A stretch of 64,000 bases of DNA from Planctomycetota bacterium (lineage in GTDB: Bacteria > Planctomycetota > MHYJ01 > JACQXL01 > JACRIJ01), in the NCBI GenBank assembly GCA_016220095.1, contig JACRIJ010000048.1, forward strand, positions 5,296 through 69,295. Direction: 5' to 3'. Positions 39,784 through 51,700 of the stretch are shown here, in pieces. Within the stretch, counting starts at the first letter, position 1, and each line of letters opens with the position of its first letter. A program made the translations under genes and the position numbers. The notes under the pieces are model-generated. The model was not told the DNA's origin. It made no database searches and saw only the letters and a program-made list of their open reading frames with translations.

Positions 39784-42700
39784 TTATTGTCTCCTGAACA
39801 GCAATACCGCGACGAGTCCGAGGAGCGTTAACAGCATATATATATAAGAAGCCCTATTGTCTTGAGATGCCATTTGGGTTACAAAGCAGGCCGGTTGTGT
39901 GAGTTTACTGCCGGAATCCGAACTGTTGTCGGAAACCTGCGGATTCGGCGTTACCGGGTCAGGGGTTACCACGGGGTCCTGGCCGCCTGTTCCGGGATCC
40001 GGCTGGGTTGTTTTATTTGTAACGACTACCGTAACATAGCTTACGGCGCTGTAGTCAACCGCGTCGCTGACTGTAAGTTTGAACTTATAATTTCCGTTTA
40101 CCGTGGGGGTAAAAGACGGCTCCGGGGTGTCGGCATTGTAGAGTTCAATAACAGGGCCTTCCAACTGCGTCCAGCTGAACAGCAGGCCGTTTGAATAACC
40201 GGCTACTCCGTCCGAGTCGGTATCTGAATCATAGCTTCCCGAGCCATCCAGAGCTACCTGTTTTCCGGGTTTCGTGCTGATGGAATCACCGGCATTGGCG
40301 ACCGGCAGGTTATTTCCCTGCGGATTCAGCACGCTGTCAAAATCGTCTATTATTACAGTCACATTATCGTATGCCTGCACGGAATTCTGGTCTGTAACGG
40401 TCAATTGGAATTCATACAATCCCCTTGCCGGCGGCGCGAATTTAGGCGCTGAACTTGCGGCATCGTCAAGTGTAACGGAAATGCCGGTTTTCTGTTGCCA
40501 TAAGAAAGACAGGGAGCCGGCGCCGGTGCTTGTGTAACCGATAAGCGTTACGACAGGCATGTCATACATGTTAACGATACTGTCGCCGTCGGGATCTGTT
40601 TCAGGCGACACGAATGCCTCGGCAACAGGGAATTCGTCCGCAGTCTGCGGCACAACGTAAATCGTTATCTCGTCCGGCACGCCCCAGGCGGTTCCGTCAT
40701 TGACGGACAATTTATAAATCAAAGTGCCCGTTTCAGCGGCCGTAAAGGACAATATCTTATCCGTGCCAGCCTGAGACCCTGATAACGCGTTTTCTGTCTG
40801 CAGGAGTTCCCATTTATATGTCAAAGCATCGTTGTCCGGGTCAGAGCTGAAGCCTGCGTCAAGCGTAACAGTCTGTCCCAGGGTATATCTTGTGGCTGAA
40901 GTTGTAATCACGGCGGAAGGCATATGATTGGACGGGCTGTTCGCGTAAACTGACACGTAAGAAGTCATGCCAGGCGCATTGTCATCGTCCGTGACGTCCA
41001 GAGAGAAATAATAAACTCCGGTAGTTGCCGGTACAAAGGCGGCTATGGCGCCGTTACTGCTGTTTAATGTCAGGGTTTCGCTTGGGCCGCTGAGGTATTG
41101 CCACAAGTAGGTCTTTATATTGCCATCGTCATCCCTGCTCGTTGAACCGTCAAGGTAAACCGTAGTGCCGGTTACAGCGTTCCTGTCCGGACCCGCGCAA
41201 GCGAGCGGAGGCATATTGGTATCTTGAACCGCTATCGTTACATCAGCCGGCGAAGACAGGTTGATGCCGTCGGAAACAACCAATGAGAAATTGAATACGC
41301 CGCTTAATCCTGTTGTATCAAACACGGGTTTATCTGTCGCAGTGCTGTCAAGATTAGGATGGAACGTCCAGTTATACGTGAGAGCATCGCCGTTAGCGTC
41401 GTAAGAACCGCCGGCGTCAAGGGTAACCAAATCACCTTCGGTCACCGTTGTTGTTTTTTCGTTACTGATAACAGCCACGGGACTGACGTTATTTATTTTA
41501 ATTGTAACGGAATCAGGGGCGCTTGAAATGGCGCCTTCTTTTATTATAAGCTGGAAGACATATTCGCCTGTGGCCTTGCCCGTGAAAGACGGTGTTGAAG
41601 TGGAAGAACTGTTCAACACAACTTCCGGGCCTGACACCTGCGACCACTGGTAAATGATTCCGGTTTTGGTGCCGGTGGTATTGGTGCTTTTTGTGCCGTC
41701 AAGGGTGATAACGCTGGGGTCGGAGGTTTTATCCGAGCCGGCATTTGCGGCCGGGACTGCTCCCGTGTATTCATAACCGTTCGCTAATGTAACTGCGGCC
41801 TGAGACGGGCTTGTTATTACGACATTCACCTTTCCTGTATATCCTGAAGGGGTATAGCCGGTGAATACCGTACTGCTGACGAAAGTTACGCCTGTTGCGG
41901 GACTGCCGCCGAAGGTAATTGTTGAGCCGGATTCAAAATTCGTGCCTGTTATCGTAAAAAAGATATTGCCCGCGACACTGCCGTTATTCGGCGCAATGGA
42001 AGTTATTGTCGGCGGGGAGATATACGTAAACCCGTTCTGGCTGGTATAGCTCTGGCCGTCCGGGTTGGTTATAGTTACGTTAGCCTGGCCGAGCGTACCG
42101 TTCGGCGTTACTGCCGTGACAGCAGACGTGGAAACAACAGTCACGCTTGTTGCGGAACTGCTTCCGATTTTGAGGGTCAAACCGTTCTGGAAATTATATC
42201 CGCTGACCGTTATGCTGGTGCCGCCGCTTGAAACGCCGGAAGCGGGAGATATTAGCGCAATAGCCGGCGCTGTGGACAGGTCGTAAGAAAAACCCGCTGT
42301 CAGGGTAACGGCCTGCGAATCCGGATTAGTAACGGTCACATTTACGGTAGAGGCGACCGCCACGGCCGGCGTTAAGCAGGTTATGGTTGACGAATTAACG
42401 ACAGTTACGCTTGTGGCATTATTCGGTCCTATTTTAACGATAAGGCCGTTTGAAAAATTATTGCCCGAGATAGTCAGAGACGTACCGCCTGCAATCGGGC
42501 CGTGCGTAGGCGATACTGATGTTATCTGCGGAGACGGCAGGGCATTATATGTAAAACCGTTGGTCAGAAGGCCGTACTGCGTATCGGTATTAACGGCTTT
42601 AATCGTAACGGTTCCTGCGTTTCCGGCAGGTGAGAAACAGGTGATAGTGTTTGAATCCACACGCGTAACATTAGAAGCCGCGTTAGCGCCGAAAAATACG

Positions 42701-45700
42701 GCCACGCCGCTATTGAAGTTGCTTCCGGATATCGTGCACGAAGTGCCGCCTGTCACAAAGCCGTTATCAGGGCTGACAGACGTTATCTGCGGCACGGGCA
42801 GTGAATTATACGTATATCCGTTGAACAAAATATAATATTGCGCGTCGGTATTGACCACTTTAATTGAAACTGCACCGGCGTTTCCGGCAGGGGAAGAACA
42901 TGTTATGGTATTTGCATCCACGCGTACAACGCTCGCGGCCGCGTTAGCGCCGAAAAATACGGTTACGCCGCTGTTGAAATTGTTTCCCGCGATGGTGCAC
43001 GAGGTGCCGCCTGCCATAAGGCCGTTATCCGGGGTGATGGAAGTTATCTGCGGCGCCGGCGGCGCGTTGTATGTAAAGCCGTTAAACAGCAGGTCATATT
43101 GCGTGTCCGGATTGACGACCTTGACGGGAACTGCGCCGATACTGCCTGCCGGCGAGGAGCACGTAATGGAGGTGGAATCCACCCATGTTACAAGCAATGC
43201 CGGATTGGCGCCGAAGAACACGGTTGCGCCGTTTTTGAAATCCGTGCCCGTGATAGTGCATGGCGTATTTCCTGCGACATCGCCGTTATCAGGCGCTATG
43301 GAAATTATGTTCGGCATGGCTACGGGCTGGAACGTAAAACCGTTCGTAAGGGTTCCGGCAAGAGTGGAGGGATTGGTAACAACGACATTCACTCCTCCTA
43401 TGGTGCCGGACGGCGTGGTGCACGTAATAGACGTGCTGTTTACAACAGTTACGCCGGTAGCGCTGTTCGCGCCGATTTTCACCGTCGCGCCGGAGACGAA
43501 ATTAGTGCCTGTGATTGTCACAGAATCGCCGCCGTCGGAAGTGCCCGTATTCGGGGCTATTGATGAAACCGTGGGGCTGTTGGCGTAAACAAAGCCGTTA
43601 GTAAGAATATTATACTGTGTATCGGGATTTACGACTTTTATGTCATATGTGCCGGCGCTTTTTGCAGGCGCGGTAAAGGTCAGTGAAGAAGAACTGACGA
43701 ATGTCACGCCGGAGATGGAAGTAGTCCCGAAGAAAACGGAACAGCCGGAGACAAAATTCGTGCCTGAAATGGCGACAGAAGCGCCGCCGGCGATATCGGA
43801 TGCGGACGGAGCCGCAGAAGTTACGGAAGGCGCCGGGTCTGTGAAATACGTGAAACCGTTTGTCAATGACGCAGACTGCGGACCGGGAACTGTTACGGTA
43901 ACGGTCGCGTTTCCCGCGGCTCCTGAAGGCGCAGTGCAGGTTATTGTCAAAGCATTAACGACAATGATATTTGTCGCGAGGACTCCGCCGAAAGTGACCG
44001 TCGTGGCGGGATTGTCAATGAAATTAGTTCCCGTTACGGTAACGTTGGTTCCGCCGGTTGACGGTCCCTGGTTTGGCGAAACCGAGACAACCGTTATAGG
44101 AGTAGAAACCGTATATCTCCAGAAAGAGTAATTCGTATTACTGCTTCCGGCTATGGCAAAAATTGAGCCGTTGTAGTAGTTCAAGGATGCGCCGTCGTAG
44201 AAATAACCGAGATCTGCCGCAGACGCGTCGTCCCAAGTATTCAGGCTTATGGTGTACCTGTAATACCCCAGAGAACCGTTGCCGGCGACGGCAAAAATGT
44301 AATCGCCTGTTCCGGTGCATGCAAGCGAACCGCCTATGTTGACAGTACCCGGGAGATTAGCGCGTGCCAGCCAGGAATCTCCGGAAATAGAATATCTCCA
44401 GAACTCATTTACTCCGGAGCCGCGCAATACATAAATATAATCGCCTGTGCCGGGATATGCCATATCCGCCCCGTTTCCAGGAACATTGGTTATCGGAGTC
44501 CGGACGTCCCAGCTATTGGTTGCGATGGTATATCTCCAGAAATCATTAACACTTCCCTGGAGCAAATAAACATAAGTGCCTGTCGCGGTCATTGCCGCGC
44601 CGGTATTCACTAATCCCGGAACCGGTGCCATGGAAGTCCACGTGTTAAGGGATATTGAATACCTGTAGAAATCTGTTGTATTAGAACAGCGGGCGGCGTA
44701 AAGATAATCGCCTGTGCCCGGATAAGCTATTGCCCCTGCGGTAGCAATAGCCGCGGGCGTGCTTGCAAGGAATTTCCACGTATTGGTGCTGATATCATAG
44801 GCATTGAAATAAGAAGTGCTGGCTCCCCTCAGCGCATAGATGGAAGAACCCGCAATCTCGGAATCGCCGCCTGTGCCAGCCGTGAAATTTGTCTGGGAAA
44901 TGGAATTCCAGCTTAATCTTGAAGTGGAGAATCTCCATAATTCCTGAGTATTGGCGGCCCTGAAGGCATAGATGTAATCTGAATTCCCTATGGATACGAG
45001 GGTGGCATTGGTGCTTATTGTATTGGGAGGATACGATGTAGCCTGCCAATTCTGATTAATCAGGGAATATCTCCAGAAAGATTGATTGCCATTCCCCTGG
45101 AAGGCATACAGGTATTCGCTGTCGGAATTATGGAATTGCAAATAGCCGCCTGCGACAACATTGCCCGGCGCGGATGCTAATACCGTCCAGGTGTTGCCGG
45201 AAATGGAATATCTCCAGAAATCAGCCGTGGTACTGCCGTGGAAAGCGTAGATATAATCCCCTGAGCCGGGGTACGCGAGATAGCCGCCGTCAGTTACGGT
45301 AGCAGGCGCAGATGCCGGCGTGGTATTGTCCCATGTATTGGTGCCCGTGTCATAGGTCATAAATTCCGATTGGGTATTGCCCTGGAAGAAATACAGTTTA
45401 GTGCCCACGCGAACGGCGGAGGCGCCCGCGCTTAAATTTACCGGCGCATCCGCGTAAGAGGCGTCATTCCAGGAATTGCCTGAAATGGAATATCCCCAGA
45501 AAGTAGCCGTGTTGTTGGCTCTCGCGCAGTATATGATATCGCCGGACCCCGGATACAAAAGAACGGAGCCGGTGGATATTGTTCCCAATGTAACGGCAAG
45601 GGTCGAGTGCGTATTTGTAGAAATAATATATTTAGAAAAAGTTGTTGAATTGTTGCCATTCGTATAATATATCGTATCATTGCCGTCCCATTGAGCCCTT

Positions 45701-48700
45701 CCGCCCGTGCTCATCACCGCAGGCAAGAGAGCGGGTTCGGTCCAGACATTTGCCTGGATGTATCTGAAAGCGGCCCTGAGTGTGGCGGTTTGCACGTCGG
45801 GATTAGTAACCGTTACAGAAGCGGCCCATGCGGTGCCGGCGGGCGTCAGGCAGGTCAGCGTTTGCGAATTCACAAACGCAACGCTGGTCGCGGATGTGCC
45901 GCCGATTGTAACTGTTGCGCCGTTTACGAAATTATAGCCTTTGATTGTAACGGACGATTTTCCTGCGGACACGCCTTCTTCCGGAGTAATGGATGTTACA
46001 TAAGGTTTACTTACGAATGTCACGGCATTAGAAGAGGTATAAGTCAGGGAACCGTTACTGACCGTAATATCCGACAGTCCCAGAACGCCTGCGGGAACGA
46101 CGACCTCCAACCTCGTTGAATTTATAAAAGTAACGCTTGTGGCATTTATGGCGCCAAATTTGACCGTTGTAGTCGGGGTGAAATTAGAACCGTAGATTAC
46201 AATAGTCATTCCTCCGTTTACGGGAATGGTTGTCGGGAAGACCGTTGTAATTGAAGGAGTAAGGCCTTCAAAAAGAAGCCTGTATCTCGCAAAATACAGG
46301 CCGCCGCCTCCATTTATAGCGTACAAGTAATTATCATTTCCGTATGTCAAAAATCCGCCGGTTGAATAGGTGTAAGGGGCCGATGAAAGCGAAACCCAGG
46401 ACTTTGTAGTCTTGTAATATCCCCAAAACCCGGTCGTTGTATTGCCTTGAAGCGCATATATTACATCGCCATATCCGGGCCATGCCATGTCAAAACCGGA
46501 CGTCTCAGCAAATGGAACCGATGACTCTATAAGCCAGGTATTTGAAGCAATGTCATACGAATAGAAACCGGTCTGGGAATTACCAACCGACAAATATATT
46601 TTTCCATTGCTGTAACACAAAGCGCCGCCGTCGTTTACCACAAATGGCGTGGTTGCGAGGGATTCCCACTTGTTCTGGGATATGACATATCTCCAGAAAT
46701 ATAGTGTTCCGCCGCCGCCCGTCGCGTAGATGTAATCGCCGGTTCCGGGATAAACCGAATCCGCTCCGTAGCCGACAATGGTTGGCGCATCAGTCAAAGA
46801 AGTCCAAACGTTCGTTGTCATGTTGAATTTTGCAAATGAACTACTGCCATAACCTCTTAGGGCATATAAATAAGTAGAATCCACCTGCGTTAAGGATGAT
46901 CCATAATAAGTTCCCCAGGGCGTGGCGGTCATGGTAGTTGCGGTGTTGGCTGTGATATCATATTTATAAAAATTGGTTCCACCCTGCCCGTACATTACGT
47001 AAATCTTTTTATCGGTTGTTCCGCATATATTGCCATAGCTCATAGAACTGGGAATCGGCGTAAGCTTGGACCATTTCTGGCTCGCGAGATAATACTTGAA
47101 AACATATTGAGTGCTCTGAGCCGGGATCAGCATAATGGCATTCAGGCTTGCGATGTAGGCCATTTTGCCGCATTGATATACGCCTACAGGCGTGGCGGTC
47201 AAACTTGTCCAGCTGTTGCCTGTAATATTATAACGGGCAAAACCCGTAGTGTTGGAGCCCTGCGTACAGTAAATATACCCGTCGTTACCGTATGCCTGAT
47301 AAGCGCCGTAATAAGTTGAAAACGGCATATTTGCCATTTGCAGCCAGGAGTTTCCGGAGATGGAATACCTGTAATAGGTATTCGTATTATTGTGAGTCAC
47401 ATATATAAAATCGCCTGAACCCGGATAGTTGCCGCTTGCGCCGTAATTAAAAGTTGCGGTGAAATTAGTCATTGCCAGCCAGCTGTTGCCGGAAATCGAA
47501 TACCTTAGAAACGTATTCGTGTTGCCTCCCGGGGCGCAATAGATAAAGTCGCCCGAACCGGGATAAACCAGAAAACCTCCCGTAGTTACGTTACTGGTGC
47601 AGGCAGTCATTGTGTCCCAGGTATTTGGTCCGATATTGTAACGGTAAAATGTACTGGTGCCGCCGCCTCTTGTCAGATACAAGGCGGTTGTTGAAGGCAC
47701 ATATACCATATCAGCCCCGATGCCGCCTGTTGTTGTTACGGGCGTAAGTAATGTATAGGCATTTGAGGTAAACGAATATTTATAGAAGGCTGAAGAACTT
47801 CCAGGATAAGGCCAGAAATACGTGAAATCCCCTGTGCCGGGATAGCAGAGCGTTAAACCCTGATAGGCATTTACGGGAAGCAGGGCCATCTCGTTCCATG
47901 AATTCACGGCTTCAAATTCAAAATAATTCGTCAATGTCGCGTTCTGTAAATCCGGATTGGCGACGGTCAGGCTGGCAATCGCAAGGCCGGACGGCGCGGT
48001 GCAGGTTATCGTAAAGGGGTCAACTACCAGTACTCCCGTGGCGGAAACGCCTCCGACAGATACGGTTGCCCCGCTCACAAAATTTGCCCCGGTTATGGTA
48101 ATCGGAGTACCGCCGCTTGCCACCAAAATCTGCGGCGTTGCGGAAGTCAAATACGGTTTGCTATCGTAAGTGAAGCCGCCGACAAGGGTGGACGTCTTGG
48201 TATTAGGATTCGTTATTACCACATTGGCGGCGCCTGCTGAACCGGCCGGAATCGTCACAGTCAGGCTGATAGAACTGTTGAAAACTATGTTGGTCGCGGC
48301 CTGGCCTCCAAATGTGAGCGTAAGCCCGGGATAAAAACCGGTACCTGTAATAGACACCGGACTGTTGCCGGAAGTAGGCCCTGTTGATGGATTAATCAGC
48401 GATATTGACGGCGTTGCGCCTGAATCCAAGACGCAGTATTTCGTGATGTACGGGGTGTTATTGCCGACTAATGAATAAATATAATCATTTACTCTCGCAA
48501 AATCAGTAACCTGATAGTATTTGAAAGGCGTATTGGTCAGCGTTGTCCATGCATTAGTGGTTGTGGAATAATACCACCAGGCGTGATTTGTCGTGCTTGA
48601 CGGGCCGTAATTTGCACCGGTGGCATAAATTTTATCGCCAAACCCGGCATAAACCATTTGAGGGTAATACCCGAAAGTTGACGGGGCATTTGCCAATTGC

Positions 48701-51700
48701 GTCCATGCATTCAGGGAAATAGAATACTTATAAAAAGTCTGCTGGCCGTTTGAACCGAACATGTACATGAAATCGCCCGTGCCGGGATAATGCAGGCCGC
48801 CTCCGTAGTTAAGAGTGGCGGATAAAGAGGACATTACAGACCATGAATTTGAAGTAATATCATATTTATAGAAATCGCTGGAACTGCTGGCCCGCGCGCA
48901 ATATATGGCGTTTGCGGACGATACGTAAGCCAATCCGGCGCCGTAAGACGCGGTGTTTGGAAGCGCTGTCATCGTGTCCCAGGTATTTGTGGAAATAGTA
49001 TATCTGTAAAATGTTGTTGTCGCCGTTCCGCGCATCAAATAAATCTTATCCGTGCCGGCCAGCACCATATCCGCGCCGTAATTCACGGTGGCAGGTATGG
49101 CGGCTAAGGTTGCCCAGGTATCGGTGGCAGTGGTGTATTTCCAGAAATTCGTAGTGCTTGCGCCGCCGCATACGTATAAATTGGCTGAACCGTCATACAA
49201 TATATTTCCGCCTTCAGCTATTGATGCCGGGGCCGGGGCCACATCAACCCAGTTGTTTCTGGAAACGGAATACCTTACAAAATCCCTCTGGTAATATGCG
49301 GGCATGGAGTACAGATAATCGGAATTGGAAATGGAAAGCAATGTCCCGCCTTCCCAGTTATACGACATTGGCTGAGGTTGCATGGTTTCCCACGAATTAA
49401 GCCCCATGGAATAACGATAGAAGTACGCGCCGCTGCTAGTGGCATTTCCGCGTAATAGATAAAAGTAATTTGTCCCGTACGCCCATGCAAGCGAACCGCC
49501 GTACCGGATGGTGTTGGGCGTTGATGGCAACGTCTCCCACGTATTGCCGGCAATGGAATATCTCCAGAAATCCGTAGTATTGGCCCCGCGCGTGGCATAC
49601 AGGTAATCGCCCTGGCCGGGCCATACCAGGTCGCATCCGCCTTCCTGCTCGTTCGGGGTGCTGGCCAATTGGGCCCATGTATTGCCGGAAATTGAATATC
49701 TCAACAAGAGCTTTCTGTTTGCCGAAATACTGGCGTGGGTGCCTAATGTCGCGTAAATGTAATCGCCGCCTAACCATGCCATTGAACATCCGTAGTCCGC
49801 CAGGTATGTCGCGTTAAGAACTGTCGTATCCTGGGGGTCAACATCGTTCCACGTATCAGTAGATATCTTGTATCTCCAGAAGATGCCGGTCTGATTGCCC
49901 CTGAAGACATAGATATAGTCACCGTTCGCGAAACACATGCTTGAAGCGCGGTATAATAACGTTCCGCCGGGCGTGGTCGCGCAAACCGTCCATACGTTTG
50001 TTGACAGGCTGTATTTCCATAAAGTCGTAGTATTGTCTCCACGCAAGGCATAAATAGTATCTGCGCCGTCATAAGCCATTGCCGAGCCGTCATTAAACCA
50101 ATTGGGCGCGCAGGCAGGCGTATCCCACCCGTCCACGCTTACATATCTGAAAGCAGTTTTTAAAGAACCGTTGAAAGGGCCGGGATTGGTTACGGTTAGA
50201 TCCACGGACCAGGTATTGCCGGTTCCGGCCGGTGTCGCGCAGGTAATGCTCGTTGAGCTGACCCTGACGACGTTAGTGGCGGAATTCGCCCCGAATTTAA
50301 CCGTCACTCCAACCGCAAAATTCTCGCCTGTTATGGTAGCGTTAGTGCCGCCGGTATAAGAACCCGAATATGGCGATACTGATTTTACGATAGGATCGGT
50401 CTTGTAGGTAAACCCTCCTGTAAGCGTATTGGAAAGAGGGCCTGGGTTGGTAACAACCACATTCGCGGCCCCGGCTACTCCGGCCGGTGCGGCCGCGCTG
50501 ATTAAACCGGTATCCAGGAAAGCAACGTTCACAGCCGCAACGCCGCCGATAGTAACCGTTGCAGTCGGATAAAAATTCTTGCCGATTATCTTAACCGTGG
50601 TCCCGCCGGCCGTGCCGCCTTCATTAGGGAATATGGCTTCAGCCGTTGGAGTTGAACTTTCAAAAACCTTGTATCTGAAGAAAGATGCCGTGGTATTGCC
50701 GGCAAAACAATAGATATAATCGTTGGCGAATGTTAACGATATTCCGACATTATTAAACGTAAATGGCGAAGAACCCATTGTTGCCCATGTGTTGGTCGTC
50801 ATATTGTAACGATAGAATTCGGCCGTATTCTGGCCTCTCGTGGCATAAAGATAATTGCCGTATTTAGGATATATGAGCGCTCCACCGGACCCTATTGTGG
50901 CCGGAGTGGAAGCGAGAACGCTCCAAGTATTGCCGGAAATGGAATATCTCCAGAATTCGGAAGTGGCCGCGCCGCGCAGGGCATAGATATAATCTCCGGT
51001 GCCCGGATACGAAAGCGATGCGCCGGCCTCAACTACATTAGGCGTAAGCGCAAGCTGAGACCATGAATTTCCGGAAATGGAATATCTCCAGAAACTTGAG
51101 AAACTGCCGCCGCGAAAGGCGTAAATGAAATCGCCGGTTCCTGGATATAACAAAAATCCGCCGGTAGTTACCGTTCCGGGCGTTGAAGTCATGGTGGACC
51201 ATGAATTTGAGCCGACCGTGTATTTCCAGAAATTAGATGTGGAATTGCCGGCCATTACAAAAAGATTGGTGCCGTCGGAACAGATAGCGCCGCCTGCGCC
51301 GATAGTCCCGGTCGGCTGGGCCAGGCCAGTATTCCATGTGCCCGCGGACGTGTCATAGCGCCAGAAATCCGCCGTAGTACTGCCTCTAAGCGCATAAATA
51401 TAATTTCCCGAGCCGTAATACGACAATGAACCGCCTGCAGTGATTGTATTGGGCGCGGCAGGAATTGCACCCCACCTGTTATTGCTGATGGAATACCTTA
51501 AAACAGTATAACCCCAGTTTCCCTGATTAAAATAGAACCAATCAGTGCCGGGAACGTACACTATATCTGCGCCGCCTGCTGTGGATATCGGCACATTTGC
51601 CATATCGGACCAGGTTGTGGTGGAAATCCGATATTTTTTGAAACCATTGCTCGGCCAATTCGTACAATAAGCGTAAACATAATCGGGGTCAGACCCGAAT

